64,000 nucleotides of DNA from Lepidodermella squamata (lineage: Eukaryota > Animalia > Gastrotricha): the NCBI GenBank assembly GCA_047495785.1, contig JBLDXI010000015.1:1426001-1490000 (forward strand). Reading direction: 5' to 3'. Positions within the stretch are counted from its first letter, which is position 1. Each line of letters starts with the position of its first letter. The notes under the pieces are model-generated. The model was given only the letters and a program-made list of their open reading frames with translations, did not search any database and was not told where the DNA came from. Shown here piece by piece: positions 38,174 through 51,075 of this stretch. The position numbers were made by a program, and so were the translations under genes.

Positions 38174-41100
38174 CTAATTTTTCCAATACTGGACAAAGGT
38201 GTGCATAGCCTCAACAACACCGGCTACAATGCCACTCAAACTGTCATCGATCAAATTCTGCAGATACCGAACCGCCTCCTCGTCGTTCAATTCCGGCCGC
38301 AACTTCGCCGCAACTTTTCGCACAGCCTTATCCGGCTCAAGCGCAATATCCGGAATGTTCGCATCAATCATGAGGGCCAATAAATTCGACAACAAATTCG
38401 TCGATCGTCGCAGGGTTAGAAATACGGTGTAGCATAACTGCTTAAATTTGGCGAAATGCTCAGAATTCGTCCCGCCCATCGCGTCAACCATTTCACGGCT
38501 CAGCTTCATCGGCGGCGGCAGCGGTTTCGGGTCTCGGCCTAGTAAATACCCGAAATCGATGTGAAACAGCTTCCCGGTGTGGGTTAGCAGCAAATTATCG
38601 AAATGGCGATCCCCCACGCCTAGAATATACGTGATAATGCAGTAGCCAGCGCACGATCTGATGTAGTTATCCATAACCTCAGGCGCTATACCGTACGGGC
38701 CGTGTTCGTTCGGGTTGTGTTTTTTCATAAAATTCAACAACGACCCTTCCGCGGCTAAAATTTCGCGAACAGCTATCGAAGGCACGTATTGAACAAAACC
38801 CTGTTTCGGCTTTGTCGCCAGCACTTTATAAGGCGTTAGACGTAAGTCAAGATTTTCGCGTCGCAGCAAACGGTCCATTAGTTGAATAATCTGCAGTACC
38901 AACTGATCTTGCCTCAAATCGTCGCCATCTTTAAAAATCACGACGTATCGATCTTGAGGCGGAAGCGCTGTGGTGACAAAAGTGAGTTTCGACGGCATCA
39001 GTTTGCTTTTATACAACGAAGCCGAGGCTGGTTCGATGCCGCAAACGCGCACGGTTGGGTCGAGGGGTAGGCTTATCTCCCCTGTGCTGAAGCTAACAAA
39101 ATGCGGGGCGGTGAGTCGCTGTTGTAGCAGTTCAATCTTCTTCTCGCGATACGAAGTTTCCGCGTGAACCTCACGCACGACCCCGGAAATCATGTCAACC
39201 AAATGCCGTTGAGCTGACAACTGCTGGCGGATCGCTGTTCGTGATTTGTCAGCCTTCAGCGCTAGGCTCAGCCGTTCTAGGACAATCGTGAAAACATCGT
39301 CGTTTTTCGAGTTGATTTCTAGCAAATTTTTCTGCTGGTTCGACCCGCCTTGTTGCTGGTTCAACGGTGGCGATGTGACTCGATTTGCGGCTGAGGTCGG
39401 TTGCAGGCGTTGTTGTTCGACGTCTTGCTGTTCAACGGCTAGATACCAGTACAGATACGTTGCGACTACGATGTTCGAGCAAGCGCGTTGGATGAGACAT
39501 GACGCGAGATCGAGGCCTTGCTGGGCGCTGGTTGGTGAAGAGAGTTGGCTGCCGTTTTGACCCATGCCGCTCGATACTGATAGGCTGTGCGGTTTTTGAT
39601 TCTTCATCGAAATGACCGTTGCGGCTGCTTTTTCAGACACTGGTAGAAACCTGCGATTCCCGAAAGAAATCATAGTTATCTTATAATTAGATTAGTACGG
39701 GGTGGAACTAATGTTAAAATGCGAAGAAAAAATAAAGGCGAAGCGGGTAAAATATAAAACATATTAAACAATTTTAGAAAAAGCCACAGAAAAAAGCGAC
39801 CCAACACCAGCAATCGCCTCTTTCCCCAAAAATTCAGTTTCAGTAAAATTTCAAATTACACGGAGTAAAAAATGCAGTGTTAAAAAATTACACAACGAAA
39901 AAATCGGGAGATGAAATAAAAACCAAGGGTCCTCCTATTACCGGAACCCAATTTTGGAATTTTCAAGTGGCCTAAAATCACTTTTCGGATATTTCTTACG
40001 GGTCAAGATGACCTCAATAATTCAAAAAAATAAGACCGAGTATTCAATTCAGAATTCATGCTCCGCCTACAAAATCTTAGGATTATTAAAAAAATGACTC
40101 TCATCTTTCGACTTTGGTTCCGCTAAAAGATGTTCAGTAAGAATCATGCTATGGACTCGCCAAAATGACAATTTCATTTCCCACTCTAGGGCAACAATTT
40201 AATGAAGGGTTTCGTGGAATTTTTTTTCTAAAAAATGGGCCTCTAATTTGGCTGGACGAAATATTTGGATAATTAGATTTGGGCGAAATTCAAGCATTCT
40301 TTTTCATTTTTTCAATTTTGAATTTTTCAAACAAGCTTGGTAAAAATAACAAATTGTAGGTAATGCGAGAAAAAATTAAATCTCAATCGATGAGATATCT
40401 TTGTCAGCCTCCGAATCTATGCAAATCATGCCGATTTAAAATTGTTAAAATCACCACCTCTTTTTGCATAGGTTCTATCCTCATCTTTTATGATCGAGCC
40501 AATAATGCAACAACTAATTTTCTTCTCGAAATCAGTGAGTTAGAAAAATTACGCGTTAAATGAAAAATAAATGAAAACTTCATTCAACATGATTAAATTT
40601 ACTCACCTTGGCGGTTCGTCGTCTTCATCCGGAGCCGGGCTGGTTTCCTCGGCAATAACCGACTCGCTGACCGATGGAAAGCCATTTGATTGACTAGCCG
40701 AGCGACCAGGCAGCGACCCGCCACTGCTCGATCCCCCGCTCAAACTCGGCCCACTAGCATTTTTCAAATCGTTAACATCCTCGTAACGCAGGGCTTGAAC
40801 CAACGGAAGCAAATACATGAGCAGGTCTTCGTCAGACAACTCAGACAGCCGGGCGACGGCATATCGCCTGACTACAGGGTGCGTAAAAGCGGGCGATAGC
40901 AACTCTAACGAATCTTCAACATCAACCGGCGCCCATCGGCCTAGCATTTCCAAGGCCTGGCCCGATTCAGTCCGACTCTGCCAGTTAACGGAAGACAAAA
41001 ATTTCGTCAACGCTTTCTTCTGCTTCGATAAATAGAAACGATATTGCCAAATCAAATCTTTGTCGTTCGAGCTCAATTTCGTCCCGGGCGGGTAGGCGAT

Positions 41101-43149
41101 TATTCGATACAACGCGTCCCTAGTCTCCGAGGTCGGTTTCAATTCAGCATCCATTGAGGAGGCTCGATAAGATCGGACTAATCGGCGGTGTTTCAGCTCG
41201 ATCAAGTTGTCCTGCATCAAATCTGGGTCTAATGCGACTGATTTTGCGAGCTCAACCGCTGGGCTGGCGGAGTAATTCGCGATAACAGAGCTCGCCCCTA
41301 GCCCGGAAACGCCCATTCCAGTCGCGGTTGAATCTGAGGCCTGGAGGGTTTTCACGCTCGAGCCACTTGATGCCACCAAATTTCCAGACGCTACGGTTGA
41401 TACGACCATGGAGTGTTGGTTAACTGGGCTGAGAACAGCGGCGTCGTAGACGATGTCGTAGAAGGTTTCGCCGTTTCGGAAGCGCGGGAATTCGACGCTG
41501 AGTATGCAGCATTGCGTCATTTCTTTAGCTTTTTTCGTTCGATGTGGCAGTGCGGCGAGTGATAATCGATCCAGCCATTCGACTGTCGGCAGTCGCCCTC
41601 CTTCGTATTCATTTTTCAACTATTAAAAATAGATAGGTATTTTGATAAAAACTTTAATAATATTATTATTCGTACCATTTACGAATTATACTGTATTAAA
41701 TTTGAGACGGATGGATATGATCCAAGTTCCAGGCCCATTTAAGTCAAAAATAATTAAATTGCGCTATTCATATACGCCAGGGAGAGCGACATATAGAATC
41801 AGAGCAGCACGATTTATCAATATTTTTTTTTCGATAATTGAAATAGAAATTCCAGGGTACGTCAACGGAAAGATAGAACAGCATAGGAAAAATTTCCAGC
41901 GGTGCCTTTCGAGTGTGATTGTCTCGCCAGCAATCAAAAACACCGGAAAATTGAAAACTAGGTCGAATCAACTATAAATTACCGAATTTTTCCCTAAAAT
42001 ATTAATAAGTATTATCAAGTGTGAAAGTTTCTATTTATATAAGACCAAAGGCGTGTAATTCTTCACGTCCAGTACATGGTGCAATAGCAATTGCCCCATT
42101 CATTTCCTCAATAACCTAATTTTATATTCTTTCATCAGCCCGCATTGAAAAACCCACGTAACTAAAAAAATAAAAGGGTCATCTGTACTCGCGCTATTGG
42201 AGCACAGTTTAAGCGATTTTAAAGAGCTCACAATTTCGAAATTTAGCAATAATCTTGCAGATTGACGGAACAGAGTGAGGTCTATGGCCTATGTGGCGGC
42301 CATCATTGAATGTATGCCATCGAAAATTCGATTCACCATAGGGGGTACTATTAAGAGGATCGTTAGGTTCGTTAGGACTGTTCAGATTTTATTCAAGAGC
42401 AAATCAGTAGGAATAACCTTGATGTAACTGACCTTGTTTAATCTGACGAGGACTTCTTCTTCGGTTTCATTCTCAGGAGACTTGTTGTCGACATTATTGA
42501 GCGATTTGTTATTTTCTGATTTTGGAAGCAAAATTTTTCCAGAGGTTTTCGTATTCGCGTTCCCGTCAGCCTCAAGCCCTTCCCATAGCCTCAAATCGAA
42601 TTGGCCGGCTCGAAGACGGCTAAAATCGAACAGTTTGAGACAGTTCTTTTCAAGAATCTTGATCGAGCTTACCCATTTTTACTGAAAAGGGAAACTGTGG
42701 TCGCGGCTAGTGGAACTGGTCGAACGATTCGAGGATCGAAACCATATAACGTAACAGCTAATTGAGCTTCTCTAGGAACTTCACCGTAACGAATAGGAAG
42801 AACAAGCCACTCGTTCCATCTAAAACTCGTACATAAATAATTTCAAATCACAATTTTAACTTGGATTACTCTAATTTCCCGTCAAAAACACGGTATTTGG
42901 TCCAGATTGGAACTGTGAGGGGTTTGCCGTATACAAAAACTTGGCAAGAAATGAAAGGATCAGCTTTTAAATCGTCGAGAAATGATGCTTTGCCCTGAAT
43001 ATTTGACGGGCTTTCGATAGCGCATCTGAAAAAAGAAAAAATCAAATATCGAGGTAACTATTTTAAATAAGCTCTTACATTTTGAGAGGAACTTCGCAAT
43101 CTATGTCAGAACTGAGCACATAGTTGATTGTGAGATGACTGTCAGACAT
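38174..43149 (-). CDS. PIK3C3: Class III PI3-kinase Vps34; six exons
   Basis: C2 domain (WNEWLVLPIRY), VEWLDRL, helical domain (ALTKFL...LELLSP...VRRYAV...LVQALRYE) and kinase domain (IFKDGDDLRQDQL, GVGDRHFDNLL, HIDFG, PKPLPPPMK, HTFVQYWKN). Confidence 0.97.
39927..40131. mobile_element. MITE family A copy in a Vps34 intron
   Basis: gggtcctcctattaccggaacccaattttggaattttcaagtggcctaaa...actttggttccgctaaaagat aligns with 17700-17915 and with the reverse complement of 6200-6278. Confidence 0.75.
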
Positions 43150-43375
43150 TAGGTTAAAATTTCTAGATAGCCAATAAATGCAAATATCAATTAATTTAGC
43201 GATCACAAAAAAATAATCGAATTTGTGACAAGTGTAGAGAAAAATATATACCCGAGATTTTACATGCACATTACATACATAAGTTACAGTATTCTTAATA
43301 ATATTTCGATTAGAAAAAACAGCTGCGCGAAAGATCACCAGGTTCAGTCATGGTTTAGTCAATTTTTAGTTCATC

Positions 43376-43929
43376 TCAATTGCTGTGAGCCAAAAATCCG
43401 TTCTGACCCGCGTACGAACGAGCACGTTTGAATAGAAAACCGAGTTTGATCGAAACAAACCACAACCCGACGAGAATCGAAGCGATGAAAAACCCTGCGA
43501 TTGTCGACGTTATCAGACCGAGAAACAAGGCACCGAATGCAAATGTTGTAAACAAAACTGAAAATTCGAGAATTATTCAAGAAATAATCGAAATAATCTC
43601 ATCAATTTACCAAGCGAGACCGAAAAAAGTAGGGCATGTCCGACAAACAGTGTAGTTAGAAACAGAAGGAAGCCTCCGATCGGAAACAGGCAAACAGCGA
43701 GAATCACTCCAAAGAACACGCCGGCAATAGGGTTCAACTTGAAAAGTTCGTACAAAGCCAAAACTCGCGGATGAATCCCGTAACGAGCATCAAGCGACCA
43801 GTAGAAAATTGCAACTTTTTGCAGGTAGTGCTCGATGGAAGCCTGAGAGCAGGAAGTTGCGTGATTGAATCCATTTTTCACGCCATTTCCATTCATTTTC
43901 GTGGTGGTAGAATCTGCTTCGGCAGTCAT
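43376..43929 (-). CDS. LDAF1: Promethin/LDAF1 (TMEM159)-like lipid droplet assembly factor; 2 exons
   Basis: HPRV...NPIAGVFFGVILAVCLFPIGGFLLF, then a long uninterrupted hydrophobic stretch across a ~52-bp intron (G|gtaaat...ttttcag|TT), ending AHSN*. Confidence 0.65.
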
Positions 43930-44006
43930 TTTTGATTCATGTGGTAAGAATATTAAAAAATCTAGCCAGACACGAATTCATTTACATAAAAATATTATCA
44001 TTTTTT

Positions 44007-45146
44007 TTAGTTTGTTTTCCTCCGCTTTATAGACTGAGTCGATGATTCGTTACTACTAATGCAACGGCCCGCCAAATGGCAAATCGAGCAATTGCTGCAA
44101 TGATCATACGATTCTTTAACGCAGCGCTTGCATGCCGCGCAGTGTTTATACGGCCGGCCGTCTTTCGATGGGCAGGTTGCGCATTTCGAGCAATGAGCGT
44201 TGTTTTTACGTCGAAATTGATTGCAATCGACACAAAAGCGATACGCATTGCCAGGTGGCATCGGCAGCACGCTCATATTAGCTACATTTGTGAAAAAACG
44301 AACTGGTGAACCGTGTTTTGAGCGAGGCGAATTCTCCGCATAAGCTTTATGATTGGAATAGGTAACCTAATAAAACAAGCTTAATGATTTCGGACCGAAA
44401 ATCTGAGTTCTCACCTGATAGTCACACATCTTCATGGATAAATCGCAAGCTAATATTTTCTTCTCCATAAAATACGGATAAAACAAGAACAACGAAATTG
44501 AGGAGGACCAATCATTGCCGAATAGTTGTTTGAGGCAATCAAACAATGGTTCAACAAGACCACCGAATGGAGGGTCCATGAAAACGCCAATTTTACCAGG
44601 CCGCGATCGAAAATTGTCGAAAACAGATTTTCCATCAGACTGCAAAAACGTTGAAGTAAACATATTGAACAAAGCGAAGGTTTCCGGCGGGTAAAGTTTG
44701 GCGAATCGTGAATCAATGTCCAATAGGAGGGAAAATGTGTCGCCGCGATCTGCTCTAAGCTTTTCAAATAACCGAGGGCAGCCAATGCACACGACTTGGT
44801 CAAATTTCATAGCAGTAACAATCTCCTTCAAATAAGCTAGCGTCGCTTCGGAGAAATAATATTGCGCTTGCGTCTTATTATCAGTAATAGCTACAACAGC
44901 ATCGGTAGCTAGTACAGATTCGTTAGAATGCCGTTCTTTTTCCGGCGAGTGAACGGTGAGTCGATCACGACTTGCGTGACGTTTTATCCACTTTGCCGCA
45001 TCTTCTTCAAGAACATATAATGGGCACTGTTTGCGATCACGAACAGCAGAACAGCCGTAAAACCGTTTCGACCCCCGAGCTGTCTCACGTGTGAAGAGCT
45101 TGCCCGGACCATGGGTGCAAAATGGGACCAAACATTTTTCGTCCAT
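44007..45146 (-). CDS. ZCCHC4: 28S rRNA N6-adenosine methyltransferase; exons 45146-44415, 44366-44007
   Basis: CTHGP...FYGCSAVRDRKQC, QAQYYF, CIGCPRL, LLDID, FNMF, DPPFGG, SPVRFFTN and the Cys-rich tail CPSKDGRPYKHC. Confidence 0.92.
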
Positions 45147-46112
45147 ATGACTGTGCAACAACAACTTTTAATACGAAGTTTTAATCAGCCTAAAACGAAG
45201 CTCAAGTTTAAAATAACATGTTTCCAGAAGAGAGAAGATAACGCCTCAGACTCTCGATAGCAATAAGATTTAAATTCTCGGCAAATCGAGAGCTCGAAAC
45301 CGCGAATTCAGAACTGTATTTCTATGTCGAGCAAACATTCTAAATTGGAAGTGTGCTCAACTTCATTCAGGCAAAGCCCCACAGAAGTAATACAGACAGT
45401 CTTATTAATTCATAACTACAAGATCAACAGCAATCAAGTATATTCGAAAGGTATATTCGAACTTAAGTATATTCGAAGTTTTGTTCCGATGAATTCTAAA
45501 GAATGGAAGCCTAAGTCAAAGCCGAGAGAGAAATTGCAAATCTTTCTTCAATCTGAAAACTTGAAAAATCAGAGAATTTAATAGCACAGAACTTGAAGGA
45601 CACTGAGATCTGGGAGCAACACTCGATGGGTTCGATTTCATGAGACATGAGACCAGAGACCAACATTGATGGGCTCCAGCCAAAACAACTGGGGAGAACT
45701 AGGATCAAGGGATCACCGATTGGGGGAGAAACCTGAAACCAAAAACCATCTCTTTTACAAATTTCACGCTATTAAAATTTATAATTCAACCAAAATTGTT
45801 AAAATTAATATTTATTTTCTACTTATTGATATTTACTTGATCAGAAATTTGTCGGTGCCGCATGTTTTTTTAGATATAAAGATTAAAATAAAGAAAATAT
45901 TGTCTTACGCGCACTTGCTTCGCAGTGCGACGTAATGGGCAGGTCCCAATTATTTTTCTTCCTGGTATCTGGGATCCTGAACTGACACTGAACACTGAAC
46001 TCATTTGAACCTATTATTTCGTCCGAACCAGGACCAAGCGCATCGATTTTACGTTTCGAAATCAGTAATCTTCCTAAGCAGTCTTCCTAAGCAGTGTCGT
46101 AAGGCTTGGGAC

Positions 46113-47875
46113 TCAGGGTCTCTGGGAACGACTTAGATAGGATATTACTCTTAACACTTTGGTGGTAAATGGTTCGATGTTAGGATAGGAATAACAGATA
46201 ATGTCTAAATGTGACAACGTTTCGGAAGTGCATGGTAGAATTGAGGCGGAGAAATGTTTCATCATTGAGATGCATTGGACAACTTCACTTGCACGCTTTC
46301 GCTTGCATGTGTCTCGGAATGGTGCATATACAGAACTGTCAAAAACCAATGTTCCAACAATGTTACTATTTCATTGATCGATTTTCTGCCGGCTAGCATT
46401 CAAATTCTGCAGTTGGAAAGGCATGCTTTATAAGCTAACAATTTGTTCTATAGCGATGTGTAAGGTATAATAATTGCGGAGTAATTATTGTTTACCCAAT
46501 GTTAGGATCATCGGCAGCGAAGAAAAGCGTCGATGGCAGATTACCTTTTTAAAAATTTAACAGTGATGCGATAATCTTGGTCCGCCTTAAAATGATATCT
46601 CGTGTTCAAATTTTTTATGATTTTCATGCTATTTTCAGGTGATTCTGTGAGAAAGTCAAGCAAACTTTCCCTGCTCAGAAGGCACAATCACTATTTTATG
46701 GGGGATTCTCTGCAAGACCAACATTTTACTCAAACAATTTTTCAAACATTCAACTTGAAGCTACTCAACACTCAATCTGCTGAATGGAGGGTTGTTTGTC
46801 AATATCAAACAATCGATATCTATACTAATATAACGCTTAGATTAAGGCTAGTTTGCGTGGTATTTTGTTAATTTCATTCATGCAAAGTCGTTCAAACGAT
46901 TCGGTATGAAGCATAGCAATCTGTACATGGGATTTACATTGGTGTCTGAGGGCAAGAGCCATAGACAATTTCCTTAAATTATGTCTATTGGAATAGCGGA
47001 GCTATTCGTGCGCGGTGCCAGGGTGGCAGAAAGTTTTTAAAACTCCGAGCTTTATCCTAGATGAACGAGAAAAATTTCGTACAGTTTTATGTAATGTTGG
47101 GGTTGATATGTGATAGTAGTGTTCATTTGGCAGGAAAACTGAAGGAGTATGACGCTTATAAACGTGTGTTCAATGCTAAAAGTTATCTAAAACGTAAAAA
47201 CGTTGCTCTACCCCGCCGACATTTATCCTAGATAATTTAGTAATCTAGGAACTTTCTGCCAACCTGCGCGGTCGTGCCCTCAAATCAATTGCTGCCCTTG
47301 TAAACGTTTGTATAACGACGCGCATTTTTTTGTACAACAACAATATAGAACGAAAATAGGATAGGCATGATAGGGTCGTCGTTTATATCTATGAATTTTG
47401 GCGTTATTCTGAGTGATGTCGACTCGGCTGTGCCTCAATACGATTTTCTTCATTACGAAACTTCCATTTATCTTTTTTTTCAGGAAAACAGGGGATATAA
47501 AAGATGGAAACGATGATACGATAAACGCTATACGACTATGACGACAATAGGCGACACTTTTAATGCAAGTGGAGACAGAAGAAAGTGGATGGTAAAAAAT
47601 GACAGAAAATAAGGCTGATAAATGTTGCATCATGGAGAAGCTTTAGGACTGTTCACATTGTATTCTTATAACAGGAATATAATCCATCAAAAACCAATGC
47701 TTCAACCAATGTACTAATGTTGATCGATTTTCTGCTAACTTTATACTCTTCAGTTAGAAGGCAAGAGTTGACACATTTTTGTAAGCGAGGTGTTAGGCTT
47801 GTGGTTGCGGAATAATTCTGTTCACCCAATGTTGCGGTTATTGGCAGCGAAGCCTGACTAAAATTTTCAATCAAT
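46113..47875 (-). pseudogene. Pair of decayed paralogous coding relics (~46113-46530 and ~47450-47875)
   Basis: Shared DNA ttgcggartaatt...cccaatgtt...ggcagcgaag. Peptides align as SLPMILTLGKQ/SLPITATLGEQ, RKSIN/RKSIN, LVFD/LVFD and SMMKHFSA/SMMQHLSA, with stops and frameshifts. Confidence 0.55.
47019..47266. mobile_element. hAT-like MITE, 248 bp
   Basis: TIR cagggtggcagaaagtt / aactttctgccaacctg. The flanking 8-mers cgcggtgc and cgcggtcg match at 6 of 8 positions (degraded TSD). Confidence 0.7.
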
Positions 47876-48333
47876 CAATCATACTCACTTCTTACTTACG
47901 CACTTCTATTTGCCACATGATCATTAGGTACGGCCATTCTGCGCGTGCGTCTAATGGTTTGTTAATTATCGTGCAAGTGCGCGCGCTATACTCCGATACC
48001 GATATTTTGGCGCACTTCCGAAATTAGGCAGATATTTGTACTCGGCCGGGTTGCTCCGCAAAGCAAAATAGTATCAACTTAATAATGTAACTGTTCCATC
48101 CCTGAATGCAAAAGCTTGATATTTTTTCGATACTCACTAATCCTGAATCATTAACTGAATCCTGACAAATTTTCGCGCATTAATTCGACAGGTCGTTATC
48201 GCGTGACGAGAAACCCGAAGTCACGCGCCAAAAAATTGAAAATAAAATTTTCAAGGTCATTTTAAATTTTTATTTAATTTTTATATTATTCAACTAACGT
48301 TTAACAAATTTTGAAAAATGTAAATGAAACGAA

Positions 48334-48677
48334 CGGCATTTGCCGCGGGCGTCAAGGACAAACGGAGAAAAACGGGGAGGGGGTCTGCCGACTAACAGCA
48401 GTCCCCGGTAACCCGGGACCTGCCCAAAGACGGCGTTTGTAGGCTTCGCTGAGTGAGTGGAAAAGCCACCTGGGCACTAATGCCTGGGCCCTGGAGAAAC
48501 AGTCAGCAATAACTGGAGTACCAGGGGTAGGGATTTCAATTATGTAGTTATTAAACCAGTTCAAACTTTCCTAGAGCGTAAGCTCGCGATTTTCTCACAA
48601 GCTCCGCCTTATGGTGAAAGCTTGAGTCCGTCAGGGCGAGGAGAAATCGTAAATCCTGATCCTGATCCTGATCCTGA
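48334..48677 (+). other. GC-rich multi-hairpin element ending in (TCCTGA)4; candidate SINE/retroelement end or structured ncRNA
   Basis: Several stems (see findings), then four exact TCCTGA units at 48654-48677. No convincing ORF. Confidence 0.4.
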
Positions 48678-49970
48678 AAAGTCAAAAGCCGATACCTGCA
48701 AGTCGAAATGATTATTTTGTTCAGCGAATCTGTGTTAGAATTATATAAAAACTTACAAATTGCTCGCTGATTTAGTACACTATATGAATATGTAAACATT
48801 TTGCGGTGTGATCATTGCGAATTTTGTAAACTGGCTTGCGATTCATGGGCTAAGGGTCGGACTTTTTTGCGCAGTGCATGCAAGGTGCAGTCTTGCAGGT
48901 TGCAGGATGCAGACTTTTGTCTTGCTCACGCCTCTAGCCTCTAGTTCATTGGTGAAATTTCACAAATCTGCGAACTTTCGCGCTCGACGCAGTTACGCCA
49001 GTTCACACGATAATCGTGCATGTGTTCACTTGTCACTTTTCGACAATGTCGCGTGTTGATGATGCCCCTGATCACTGACTACTAGATCGGGAATCATTCC
49101 GGAAGCGACCGATTTAGAGCGCAACTGAACAAAGGAAATCGTTGCACACATCTGTTATACACGGCAGGTCTGTTATGCCGTGTTGCAGTCCCCGTTTTAG
49201 CGAGGACATTTCAAGTGCGCGACGCGACATTCGAGTTGACACGATCAAATAATGGCTAGTATGCGTCTCTTCCGTTAGATGTCACGAGTTGTGTGTGGTG
49301 TTAGCAGACCTATCTTTAGTTGCTAAGACGCACATCTAAAATCTGAAGGTCGACAGACGAAGAACGGCCCAGTTCAAGTCTAAATTTGTCAAAATGCGGG
49401 CAAAAATGCGTTCGAACTGCCGTTCATCGAAGAGAAGGCACCGTCAACAGGCAACATGAAGGATTGCAAAAATGGATGGCAGATTTATGATTTATTAAAT
49501 ATTAAAAATAAAACCCAGTTTAAAATAGCTACCATGGACTTTCACCCCAATGAATAGTTCATAAGTTGCAGGCAATAACTTTCGCATGACGTGATGGTTT
49601 GGTTTCAGCTATGCTTGGCTCAAGAAACGATCAATTATTTTCTTTTATGGAAACACCGCGGAATTCCTCTGCATGTGAACCCGAAAGGCGTAGAAATTAG
49701 TTATAAGGTTCAACTCCATAAGGTATCATTTGATATCGATCAGTCCTGATAGTATTTCCTTGAATATCTTAAAGCGTCATTAAAAATTCATTTGACTTTG
49801 CCTGTAAAGACTACAAGCGATTAGCTGGTATTACTATAAGCCAGTAAGAAATTACAATCAATGGCCGATTGCGAATTAAGCCGCGTCTGAATGGCTCAGG
49901 TTTTATTGCACCAAATTTCACGCTGCTCGAGACTAAACTTTTTTCATCTTTTCCTGCGTTTGACCGAGAA

Positions 49971-50734
49971 ATGTTAAAGCTCGCCATTCTGTCCTTCGTG
50001 ATAGCAAACTCGCAGCAAGAGAGCCCAAGCCCCGTTGTTAACTTTGTTAAAATGGACAAATCCCGCATTGAATACAACCGACAGATGATGCAATGCTCAC
50101 GTCAAAAAACAGTGTCAGAGCTTTCATGCAAGGTGGTAACGAACAACTTCTTCTCTCTCAAAAAGGCTAGATGCGATTGGCTCGACGCTCCCGGCTTCAC
50201 TCGAGACAGCAATAATAAAACAAACCATAGAGATTACTTTGTCAACGTTCGCTATAAGGAGTGCTTCCATGTGGAGGACAATAACACCAACGCAAAGCAA
50301 TCGAAGCCAATTAGGCTCTACAACTCATGCAACCTAGTGTATGCCATTTCAGTCATTACTAGTCATCGTTACATCGAATTCGACGCGAAAAGAACAATTT
50401 ATAGGGTAAGGTCTATATTGCTCTGACGGCTGAATGCTAACTTACATTGTTATAGATTGAAGTCAGGCCCATACCCCGGGAACGCAACTCGAGCAGTTTT
50501 TTATTTGATCGCAAGCTGCTCAACGAAACTGATAAGAACGAAGATCACGATCACTCAAGAATAGCATGCATCGATTCGATAAGCACAACTCTTGATGCGA
50601 TGAGTTTAATCGAGGGCAGTGAAGCTGCCGAAGTAGTTTGGTACATCCCTTTCATCGTAGCATTCCTCTTATTGTGTTTGATAGTAGCCCTTATTAAACT
50701 TGTAACTTGTGTCGATCTACTATGTCATAGGTAA
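49971..50734 (+). CDS. Type I membrane protein with a divergent SARAF/TMEM66-like lumenal domain; exons 49971-50405 and 50456-50734 (may splice further)
   Basis: Signal peptide MLKLAILSFVIANS. RQKTVSELSC and SCNLVYAI echo the SARAF motifs R-x-x-P-V-P-QL-x-C and SCGLEY. TM segment VVWYIPFIVAFLLLCLIVALI. AGG|gtaagg...ttatag|ATT is in frame. Confidence 0.55.
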
Positions 50735-51075
50735 GATACGATTCTACATCGCATAAATAAATTTTTGTTAAAACTCAACACACTCAACTCATGGTAAGCT
50801 TGAATTGAGGATAAGGCGAAAGTCATTTACAGGCATAAAGATAGATTTCAAATAGCAGTTTTACTTATTGCCTTCGCTTTCCTCACAACCCGACAGGGTT
50901 CATACGCTAGTTTATACGGCGGAGTTGCGTAAGAGAAATAATGAAAAAACTTTGAAGAGAAATTAATATATATTTAATAGTCAGCAAAGATAATAGTAGA
51001 TGATGATAGTGGATAGCTGGAGCGGGTTTCATTAATTCATCGACTCGTCATTTGAATAGCAGACGATCGAATCAT

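Noticed and set aside
48585-48650. Hammerhead-like CTGACGGA...GAAA on the minus strand, and twister or RNase MRP-like words at 48340-48430
   Set aside because: The core deviates from CUGANGA and stems I and III cannot be formed. Required twister and MRP conserved segments are missing.
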